The translations under genes were made by a program, and so were the position numbers. Below, piece by piece: positions 1-6,868 of a DNA stretch of 27,218 nucleotides. The stretch comes from an uncultured Chlamydiaceae bacterium (GTDB lineage Bacteria > Chlamydiota > Chlamydiia > Chlamydiales > Parachlamydiaceae), in contig CAMFKA010000001.1 in assembly GCA_945957185.1 (NCBI GenBank), positions 1 through 27,218 on the forward strand. The letters are read 5' to 3'. Positions within the stretch are counted from its first letter, which is position 1, and each line of letters begins with the position of its first letter. Below the pieces are notes generated by a model. It ran no database searches, was not told the DNA's origin, and worked only from the letters and a program-made list of their open reading frames with translations.

Positions 1-55
1 ACCATCGACCCCCTCATTAAAAGTGAGGTGCTCTAACCAACTGAGCTAAAGACTC
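1..55 (-). tRNA. tRNA-Lys(UUU), 3' part cut off by the window edge
   Basis: The reverse complement reads GAGTCTT TA GCTC AGTTGGTTA GAGC A CCTCA CTTTTAA TGAGG GGGTC GATGGT... It has a D-arm and an anticodon arm with TTT; the T-loop and 3' acceptor strand lie outside the window. Confidence 0.93.
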
Positions 56-62
56 GTGTTGT

Positions 63-137
63 TGACCCCAAGGGGATTCGAACCCCTGTTATCGGAATGA
101 AAATCCGGTGTCCTAGACCAGACTAGACGATGGGGCC
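63..137 (-). tRNA. tRNA-Glu(UUC)
   Basis: The reverse complement gives GGCCCCA...CCGGA TTTTCAT TCCGA...AGGGG TTCGAAT CCCCT TGGGGTC A. This is a full cloverleaf with anticodon TTC, one C-A mismatch at the top of the anticodon stem, and no encoded CCA. Confidence 0.96.
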
Positions 138-146
138 AGGATCAAC

Positions 147-189
147 TTCGTTAGCAACTCGTGTCTTGCAAACCTTCGCTGCTAACGAA
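147..189. other. 10-bp perfect inverted repeat between frr and tRNA-Glu
   Basis: TTCGTTAGCA (147-156) and TGCTAACGAA (180-189) with a 23-nt loop and no U-tract. Confidence 0.6.
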
Positions 190-194
190 CTTAA

Positions 195-223
195 AATATG
201 CATTTTTTCCGAATTTTTTGCAA
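195..223 (-). promoter_or_regulatory. Putative sigma66/sigma70-type promoter for tRNA-Glu/tRNA-Lys
   Basis: Minus strand TTGCAA (223-218), 17 nt, CATATT (200-195). Confidence 0.4.
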
Positions 224-226
224 ATG

Positions 227-778
227 CTAAATTTTCAAAACTTCAATTTCTTTCGCTGCTGTGACCTCTTCTGCCTCTTTGCAGTACTTGTCAGTGAGTT
301 TTTGAATTTCATTTTCTTTTGATTTCATCTGATCTTCCGGAAGCAATCCATCTGCTTTCATCTTGCGAATCGCTTTGTTACCGTCTTGACGAATGTTTCT
401 AATAGAGATTTTCGCCTCCTCACATCGCTTGTGGCACTCTTTTGCCATCTGCTTCCTTAAGTTTTCATCCATCGGAGGGATCGGTACTCTCACTTGATGC
501 CCGTCAACTACAGGATTAAATCCTAAATTCGCTTCAATAATCGCTTTCCCAATTAACGGCGCTTGCGTCCTGTCAAAGGGAACGATGAGCAATTGTCTGG
601 GTTCCGGGGCGTTAATCGAGGCAATCTCCTTCAAGCGCATTCTAGATCCATACACTTCTACATGCACGTTATCTAACATGGCGGGGTTAGCTCTTCCGGT
701 CCGAATCGATTTCAATTCCACTTTCAAATGCTCGACTGCACTTGCCATTTTTTGTTTTACGTCGTCTATTATACTCAT
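227..778 (-). CDS. frr: Ribosome recycling factor
   Basis: Contains the IRTGRANPAMLD and RNIRQDGN motifs. Start placed at ATG 778, which is preceded by AAGGAG; the track start at 805 overlaps pyrH. Confidence 0.97.
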   Translation of the reverse strand: MSIIDDVKQKMASAVEHLKVELKSIRTGRANPAMLDNVHVEVYGSRMRLKEIASINAPEPRQLLIVPFDRTQAPLIGKAIIEANLGFNPVVDGHQVRVPIPPMDENLRKQMAKECHKRCEEAKISIRNIRQDGNKAIRKMKADGLLPEDQMKSKENEIQKLTDKYCKEAEEVTAAKEIEVLKI

Positions 779-794
779 GTGTTTGGCTCCTTCA

Positions 795-1514
795 CTATGT
801 TTCATCCACCAGGGTGCCGATCGTCCCTGAAGATAAGTCTTCTAAAATATTTTTCTTCCCTAACAGGTCCATTTTGAACACAAAGATGGGGATCTTGTTA
901 CTTCGGCACATGGCGATAGATGTAGCATCCATGACTTGTAATTTTTCTGCAAGGACTTGAGAGTAACTGACGCGACGATAAAACTCCGCATCTTGATGCC
1001 GAACGGGATCTTTGGAATAAATTCCATCGACTTTTGTGGCTTTTAGTAAGGCGTCAGCTCCGATTTCACTAGCCCGTAGCGAAGCGGCGGTGTCGGTGGT
1101 AAAATAGGGGTTTCCGGTTCCGCCGACAAAAATGACGATTTTTCCGCTTTTAAGGGCTTCCATGCATCGATTCCATTGATACGGCTCTACCACCTTGGGG
1201 CAATCAAGCGCGCTCATGACGAGCGTTGGAAAGCCTGCTGTTTGCAATGCTTGCTGCAAGGCGATGCCATTCATGATTGTCGCGAGCATGCCCATCTGAT
1301 CCGCTGGTGTTCTGGCAATGCCGCTGTCTGCCAAGTTGATGCCGCGAAAGATGTTGCCTCCTCCGATGACGAGTCCTACTTCAATTCCTTCTTTTGCGAA
1401 TTGTCCTATTGAGGTTGCGAGAGTTTGGGCAGCTTTCATGTCGATACCAAAAGGCTGTGAGCCTTGTAATATTTCGCCGGAAAGTTTGATGAGGACTCGC
1501 TTTAGCTTTTTCAT
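795..1514 (-). CDS. pyrH: Uridylate kinase
   Basis: Motifs RVLIKLSGE, GGGNIFRG, DQMGMLAT, GTGNPYFTTD and VMDATS. Located between tsf and frr. Confidence 0.98.
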   Translation of the reverse strand: MKKLKRVLIKLSGEILQGSQPFGIDMKAAQTLATSIGQFAKEGIEVGLVIGGGNIFRGINLADSGIARTPADQMGMLATIMNGIALQQALQTAGFPTLVMSALDCPKVVEPYQWNRCMEALKSGKIVIFVGGTGNPYFTTDTAASLRASEIGADALLKATKVDGIYSKDPVRHQDAEFYRRVSYSQVLAEKLQVMDATSIAMCRSNKIPIFVFKMDLLGKKNILEDLSSGTIGTLVDET

Positions 1515-1544
1515 TTTTTCCTCTTGCTTGTGTTCACTTGCTTT

Positions 1545-1706
1545 TATACCGAAAGTAATTCAAAATTTGGTTTTTGGCAAAAAGAAAGCTCCTGCGGTTG
1601 ATTCATCGGAAGTGACCTAATATTAGAAATATGAGGTCACTTCCGATGAATCAACCCCAGGGCTTTCTTAAAGCCAAAAACCAAATTTTGAATCACTTTC
1701 GGTATA
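1545..1706. mobile_element. 162-bp long palindromic element, MITE-like (non-autonomous)
   Basis: Arms 1545-1618 and 1634-1706 are near-perfect reverse complements (TATACCGAAAGT(A/G)ATTCAAAATTTGGTTTTTGGC...GGTTGATTCATCGGAAGTGACCT). The ends TA|TACC...GGTA|TA fit a TA target duplication. No transposase is present in the window. Confidence 0.75.
1552..1580 (-). promoter_or_regulatory. Putative promoter for pyrH-frr inside the left arm of the palindrome
   Basis: Minus strand TTGCCA (1580-1575), 17 nt, TACTTT (1557-1552). The predicted start near 1545 is about 30 nt upstream of the pyrH ATG, which has an AGAGG RBS. Confidence 0.5.
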
Positions 1707-1752
1707 TCTGAGATAGACCTGAATGCTGTCAAGTTCGTGTTCGGTATGGACG

Positions 1753-1788
1753 AAAAAAAATCCCCCGATCCGAGAAGGATGCGGGGGA
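1753..1788 (-). terminator. Rho-independent terminator of the rpsB-tsf unit
   Basis: GC-rich stem TCCCCCGATCC/GGATGCGGGGGA (1761-1788, short bulge) followed on the minus strand by 8 T (A-run 1753-1760), 25 nt after the tsf stop. Confidence 0.85.
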
Positions 1789-1813
1789 TAATCGGCGAGG
1801 GAGGGGATAGCGA

Positions 1814-2662
1814 TTAGCTACCAACGCCCCAGCGAAGGAACGAGACGATCTCAAGCGGTTTGCCCGAGGTTTTGCCGTGTTCTGCAACGACTTCCGCGAT
1901 GGTTTTGTCGGTGTCGCGGATGTACTTTTGGCAGACAAAGCAGTTTTCGTCAAAGAATGCCTTCAGGCGTCCGTCAACGATCTTCTCAACGATGTTGTCG
2001 GGTTTGCCTTTCACTTGGCTTCTTGCGATCTCTTTTTCGTTTTCTACTGTCGTCGCTGGAACTTTCTCCGGAGAGAGGAATTCAGGAGCGGCAGCAGCGA
2101 CGTGCATCGCCAATTCTTTGGCGAAAGGAGCGGCGTCGTTTGTTCCCTTGACTTCTACAACAGTCATCAGTTTCCCGCCTTGGTGGCTGTAAACGCCTAG
2201 AGAAGCGTCAGCTTTTTTAGGGAGAACCAAGATTCGCTTAATCACGATATTTTCACCGATAGTTTGGATGATCGTGGCGCGGTATTGGTCGATGGTGAGT
2301 TGTCCGTCTTTAGAGTACGGCTGGTTCAAAAAAGCATCCAAAGATGCGGGTGTTGTTTTGGCAACTTCTTCCGCGATGTTTTGGAGAAATTCTTGGAACC
2401 TGTCGTTTTTAATGACGAAGTCAGTCTCAGCGTTCACTTCGACTAGAGAGACGGTGTTTGCTGTCTCTGCAGAGCCGATGAGTCCTTCGTTAGTGGAGCG
2501 CCCTTCTTTTTTGACTGCGGAGGCGATTCCTGCCTTACGGAGGTTTGTGATGGCGAGCTCCATGTCCCCTTTGGCTTCTTCAAGGGCTTCTTTGCATTTG
2601 CCCATGCCGACACCGGTGCGGTCGCGGAGTTCTTTAATCATTGCTGGAGTCACTTGTGTCAT
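1814..2662 (-). CDS. tsf: Elongation factor Ts
   Basis: Motifs IKELRDRTGVGMGKCKEAL and EVNAETDFV. RBS GAAGGAG lies in the end of rpsB. Confidence 0.99.
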   Translation of the reverse strand: MTQVTPAMIKELRDRTGVGMGKCKEALEEAKGDMELAITNLRKAGIASAVKKEGRSTNEGLIGSAETANTVSLVEVNAETDFVIKNDRFQEFLQNIAEEVAKTTPASLDAFLNQPYSKDGQLTIDQYRATIIQTIGENIVIKRILVLPKKADASLGVYSHQGGKLMTVVEVKGTNDAAPFAKELAMHVAAAAPEFLSPEKVPATTVENEKEIARSQVKGKPDNIVEKIVDGRLKAFFDENCFVCQKYIRDTDKTIAEVVAEHGKTSGKPLEIVSFLRWGVGS

Positions 2663-2667
2663 AGTAG

Positions 2668-3498
2668 TTACTCCTTCTCGAACATTTTTTCAGCCATTTC
2701 AGCAGAAACTTCTACCTCTTCAGCAGCTTCGTCGTCTTCTTCACGATTTTCGAGATCACCCTTAATTGCCATCGCTCTCATTTCGTTTTTCTTGTCGATG
2801 ATAGAGGATGCCAAAGAAGAAAGGATCACGCGTACGCTTTTCAGAGCGTCGTCGTTACATGCAATGACGTAGTCGATTGGATCCGGATCGCAGTTGGTGT
2901 CGACCAATGCCATCACAGGGATGCCGAGTTTTCTAGCTTCTGCAACAGCGATGTGCTCTTTGCTTGGGTCGACAACGATCAGCAATCCAGGAGGTTTACG
3001 CATAGAGCGAACGCCGGAAAGGTTTTTGTCCAATTTGATTTGGTCTTTTGTCATCAAAGAAATTTCTTTCTTTGTGAGGTCTCCACCAGTCGCGCTAGCA
3101 GCGATTTTCTTTTCGATTCTTTCCAGTTTCTTTACGGATTGACGAAGAGTTTGGAGGTTTGTCAACATCCCACCGAGCCATCTTTCTGCAACGTAGAACT
3201 CGCCGCAAGCTTCTGCTAGTTCTCTAACAACAGCTTTTGCTTGTTTTTTTGTTCCGACGAACAGGATAGATTGGTGTTTTGCCACGGTTTCTTTGACAAC
3301 TTCGCAAGCGTGGCGAATTTGTTGTAAAGTTTTCGCGAGGTCGATGATGTAAATGCCGTTGCGCTCTTCAAAAATGAATCGCTTCATTTTTGGGTTCCAA
3401 CGACGCTTTTGGTGTCCGAAGTGTGCTCCGGATTCTAGCAATTCTTTAATTGTAATGTTAGTAGCCAAGCCTTGTCCCTTTATGTTTGACGACGGCAT
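2668..3498 (-). CDS. rpsB: 30S ribosomal protein S2
   Basis: Motifs LLESGAHFGHQKRRWNPKM, ERWLGGMLTN and DTNCDPDPIDYVIACNDDA, with an acidic C-terminal tail. Confidence 0.99.
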   Translation of the reverse strand: MPSSNIKGQGLATNITIKELLESGAHFGHQKRRWNPKMKRFIFEERNGIYIIDLAKTLQQIRHACEVVKETVAKHQSILFVGTKKQAKAVVRELAEACGEFYVAERWLGGMLTNLQTLRQSVKKLERIEKKIAASATGGDLTKKEISLMTKDQIKLDKNLSGVRSMRKPPGLLIVVDPSKEHIAVAEARKLGIPVMALVDTNCDPDPIDYVIACNDDALKSVRVILSSLASSIIDKKNEMRAMAIKGDLENREEDDEAAEEVEVSAEMAEKMFEKE

Positions 3499-3595
3499 CC
3501 CCTCTGGATTGAGAAGATTTCGGTCTTGGATTTTTTAATGTTGTTTGTACGAAACTTGTGAATGCGATCGAGATGATTGCGGCCAAGATGAGAAA

Positions 3596-3666
3596 AGCGC
3601 CTGGTCAGAATCGAACTGACGCTAGTAGCTTGGAAGGCTACAGTTCTACCACTGAACTACAGGCGC
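3596..3666 (-). tRNA. tRNA-Gly(UCC)
   Basis: The reverse complement gives GCGCCTG TA GTTC AGTGGTA GAAC T GTAGC CTTCCAA GCTAC TAGC GTCAG TTCGATT CTGAC CAGGCGC T. No encoded CCA. Confidence 0.97.
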
Positions 3667-3677
3667 GGCGAAGCTAT

Positions 3678-3706
3678 ATCATACAGATCGGTGAATTATT
3701 TGCCAA
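3678..3706 (-). promoter_or_regulatory. Putative promoter for tRNA-Gly-rpsB-tsf
   Basis: Minus strand TTGGCA (3706-3701), 17 nt, TATGAT (3683-3678). No terminator is visible between the tRNA and rpsB. Confidence 0.65.
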
Positions 3707-3729
3707 ACTTTTTTGTCGTATCAATTTTA

Positions 3730-3758
3730 TTGCTTCCAAATATCGATCCTCATAGACT
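3730..3758 (+). promoter_or_regulatory. Putative promoter for pbp2
   Basis: TTGCTT (3730-3735), 17 nt, TAGACT (3753-3758). The ATG is at 3767. Confidence 0.5.
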
Positions 3759-3766
3759 CTTGGGGC

Positions 3767-6700
3767 ATGAGCAACCGCCGCAAAAACTCTAACTTCCGCA
3801 AAGTGATCGATCTGTCCCAAAAGGCAAACTGGGTGTTAAATTTGATTTTGATGGGATTTGTCCTTATCGTTCTCCGCGCTTGGCACCTTAGCGTTGTCCA
3901 GCACGACACACGAGAAGAGGAATCGAAACGCCCTCAAAAGAAAGTTGTCGTCGAACCCGCCAATCGAGGGACTATCGTCGATAGGTTTGGCATCCCGCTC
4001 GCGGTCAATAAAATCAAATATAATGTCGCTCTTGTCTACTCTCAAATGCGTCAAATTCCCTCCGTCAGATGGAAGGTCAATGAACAGGGCATAAAAGAGA
4101 GGACCTTTCCTAGAAGAGAATACATCAAAAAATTAGCGACTGAATTAGGTGAACTCCTCCAAATTGATCCACACCGCCTTGAAGACATCATCCACGCCAA
4201 AGCTGCTTTCGCTTACAGCGCCCCCTACGTCATTAAAGAAGATATTTCAGAAAAAGAGTACTTCCGTTTGAAAATGATGGAAAAAGATTGGGTGGGCGTT
4301 CAAGTTCAACGCGTTCCCCGTCGCTTTTATCCTCAAGGAAGACTGGCGGCTGATGTTATCGGTTACTTAGGCGCAATCAGCAAGGAGCAGTACGACTCCA
4401 TTTTCGAGGAGATTTCCTTCCTGCGGGAATACTTAAAGGGGATTGAAAATGGGGATGATATCGAATCTTCTAATGGAGTCTCCTCCGTCGATGAAGCAAA
4501 ACGCCGCCTTCGCGAACTTCAAGAAAAAGCTTACACAGTCTATGACTATGTGGGAAAAACGGGGATCGAAGGAAGATTCGAAGAGGAGCTACGGGGGTTC
4601 CATGGAAAATATTTTTACGCTTCCGATGCCAAAGGAAATTTTTTAAGGCAGTTGCAGGGGGGGCGACAACCGGAGTCCGGCAAGCAGATTCAACTCAGTA
4701 TATCCGCGGAGCTCCAAGCGCATGCGGAGCTGCTGCTCGCGCAAAACGAACGGATCCGCGAAGCGCGCACAGCGATACGGGGTGCAAATAAATCTGTTAT
4801 TCAAGTGATGAAACAGCCTTGGATCAAAGGCGGAGCCATTGTCATGATGGATCCGAAAACCGGCGAAGTGCTTGCTTTGGCGACCTACCCGCGATTCGAT
4901 CCCAACGATTACATTCCCTCCGGAAAACCGGAAATCAATCGCAAAAAGAGAGCCCAAATTCACCGATGGTTCGAGACAGATCAGTACATTGCTGATGTGT
5001 GGAATGAAAAACGCCCCTTAGAAAAAGAAACATACGACGATCGCGCCGAAAAATTTTCCGAATACGAGTACATGATGACGTGGGAGAATTACCTCGCATT
5101 GATACTGCCCGATAACAATCCTGTCCAAACAGCATTTAAAGAGGTGCAAACTGTTCGTCAAGCCGTTATCGCCCAACAAAGAGAAACCTACCCAGGTTTG
5201 GAGAACGATGAATACAATCGCTTACTATTTTTGGATTTATGCAACCTTGTCGCTCCTGAGAATCGATTTTCAGAGAAACTGCTGAAATATATCGGAAATC
5301 TCACGCTCACGGAATATAAATCGATTTCCAGTTCATACACAGTTTTAAATGCATCCTTAAAAGAAATCGTCCGCGATCTTTTTCGTGAGACCGATTTCCG
5401 ACAGTGGAGAGTAGATAATGAAACAGAATTTTTAAAAGAGAAGCGCGCTTGGGAAAAAGAGATGAAAAAATACGCCAAGCCCTACCTGGACTATCTCGAT
5501 CAAAAAGAGGAGGAACTATTCACCGATTTCTGGAACGAAAACCGCTGGGTGATTTCTCAGATTCTATTAACAGGAAAAAAGTCGAAAGAATCGGCAGAGC
5601 TGCCCACACATTACGAAAACTTCTTAAAAACGTGGAGACAAGAGCTTAATGCCGGCGCTCATCACGCTATCGAGTGGTATGATCAATTTCATCGACTTCA
5701 AAAAATGATGCGCAAGCTCCCTGCTGATACTCAAATAGCATTTTTACAAACACTGAGATCTTATCATGAGTTGGAACAGCCCCTAAAAGGACGTTATAAA
5801 GGGCTTCGCAATGGTGGAAAACTAGAGAAAGACCTCGCCGCAGCCTTCTACCCTAAAAACGGGTTCGGTTACGGCCGCTCCCAATGCTACCGTCAATCTG
5901 CCCATCAGGGGTCTATCTTCAAACTCGTGACCGCTTACGAAGCAATCCGACAGAGAATCGATAAAATCAATCCTAAAAGTATACGTCAACTCAATCCATT
6001 GATCATGACCGACCGTAATTTTAGAGAAGGAAAACATACGTATGTGGGATATACGGAAAACGGAAAGCCTGTAACACGGCTCTATAAAGGAGGTATGATC
6101 CCTCGTAGCGTTTCCAATAACTTGGGGACAATGGATGTCTTGAAAGCTATCGAGACTTCCAGTAACCCCTACTTCGCATTACTAGCCGGAGATGTTCTAG
6201 AAGACCCTGAAGACCTTGCTAAAGCCGCAAAAGCTTTTTGCTATGGCGCTAAAACAGGGATCGACCTGCCAGCGGAAATACCAGGCCGTGTGCCGGACGA
6301 TTTGAAAAAAAACCGCACCGGCCTCTATGCAATGGCAATAGGACAACATTCCATGGTAGTCACACCTCTTCAAACTGCGGTAATGCTTTCAGCAATTGCA
6401 AATAAAGGAAAAATTTTAAGGCCCCACATTGTTACAGAAGCGGATATTCAACCGGATATTGTTCGCGCACTTCCGATGCCATTGCCTTTACACAAGATTT
6501 TGTTGGAAGGAATGAGACGAGTTGTGATAAAAACCTACCAAACAGGTTTGCTGATGCTTTCGAAAATTTACCGCGACTATCCAGAAGCCATCAGCGACTA
6601 CATTGAGCTAAAAGAGGAGCTACTAGGGAAAACAAGTACATCAGAATCGATGGAACAAATTGACCTGGATGCTGTTTTGGGAACAAATTTGTACAACCAC

Positions 6701-6859
6701 GTATGGTTTGGAGGGATCTCCTATCAAGGGGATGACCCGGAAGTGGTGGTAGTCGTCTACTTAAGATTTGGCGGTTACGGAAAAGAGGCAGCTCCCGTAG
6801 CGGCACAAATGGTGAAAAAGTGGCGAGAAGTTAAAGAGGCGCACAAAAATCAAAAATAG
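3767..6859 (+). CDS. mrdA: Penicillin-binding protein 2 (class B, chlamydial type with large insertion)
   Basis: N-terminal TM segment, then RGTIVDRFG, RFYPQG, GKTGIEGRFE, SXXK (SIFK, 5912-5923), SXN (SSN) and KTS (6629-6637). Start placed at ATG 3767 (MSNRRK); the upstream track extension overlaps the predicted promoter. Confidence 0.95.
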   Translation: MSNRRKNSNFRKVIDLSQKANWVLNLILMGFVLIVLRAWHLSVVQHDTREEESKRPQKKVVVEPANRGTIVDRFGIPLAVNKIKYNVALVYSQMRQIPSVRWKVNEQGIKERTFPRREYIKKLATELGELLQIDPHRLEDIIHAKAAFAYSAPYVIKEDISEKEYFRLKMMEKDWVGVQVQRVPRRFYPQGRLAADVIGYLGAISKEQYDSIFEEISFLREYLKGIENGDDIESSNGVSSVDEAKRRLRELQEKAYTVYDYVGKTGIEGRFEEELRGFHGKYFYASDAKGNFLRQLQGGRQPESGKQIQLSISAELQAHAELLLAQNERIREARTAIRGANKSVIQVMKQPWIKGGAIVMMDPKTGEVLALATYPRFDPNDYIPSGKPEINRKKRAQIHRWFETDQYIADVWNEKRPLEKETYDDRAEKFSEYEYMMTWENYLALILPDNNPVQTAFKEVQTVRQAVIAQQRETYPGLENDEYNRLLFLDLCNLVAPENRFSEKLLKYIGNLTLTEYKSISSSYTVLNASLKEIVRDLFRETDFRQWRVDNETEFLKEKRAWEKEMKKYAKPYLDYLDQKEEELFTDFWNENRWVISQILLTGKKSKESAELPTHYENFLKTWRQELNAGAHHAIEWYDQFHRLQKMMRKLPADTQIAFLQTLRSYHELEQPLKGRYKGLRNGGKLEKDLAAAFYPKNGFGYGRSQCYRQSAHQGSIFKLVTAYEAIRQRIDKINPKSIRQLNPLIMTDRNFREGKHTYVGYTENGKPVTRLYKGGMIPRSVSNNLGTMDVLKAIETSSNPYFALLAGDVLEDPEDLAKAAKAFCYGAKTGIDLPAEIPGRVPDDLKKNRTGLYAMAIGQHSMVVTPLQTAVMLSAIANKGKILRPHIVTEADIQPDIVRALPMPLPLHKILLEGMRRVVIKTYQTGLLMLSKIYRDYPEAISDYIELKEELLGKTSTSESMEQIDLDAVLGTNLYNHVWFGGISYQGDDPEVVVVVYLRFGGYGKEAAPVAAQMVKKWREVKEAHKNQK

Positions 6860-6868
6860 GTGCTTATG

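Noticed and set aside
63-137. C-A mismatch at the top of the tRNA-Glu anticodon stem; no encoded CCA in tRNA-Glu or tRNA-Gly
   Set aside because: 27:43 mismatches are tolerated, and CCA addition by a nucleotidyltransferase is common. No evidence of a pseudogene.
142-164. The tRNA-Glu leader (minus strand ACACGAGTTGCTAACGAAGTTG) resembles the leader plus 5' end of tRNA-Lys (ACACGAGTCTTTAGCTCAGTTG), 16 of 22 nt
   Set aside because: Short, the similarity stops abruptly and no cloverleaf can be formed. Chance or an uninformative relic.
1318-1953. Track ORFs 1318..1620 (+) and 1729..1953 (-)
   Set aside because: They overlap pyrH/tsf or run through the palindrome and terminator, and show no recognisable motifs. 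Shadow ORFs.
3713-3766. N-terminal extension of PBP2 in the ORF track (similar extensions at frr 805, lpxK 19946, nhaD 25764 and the two-TM gene 25734)
   Set aside because: These extensions overlap promoters or neighbouring genes. The downstream ATGs have better RBS or operon spacing and family-typical N-termini.
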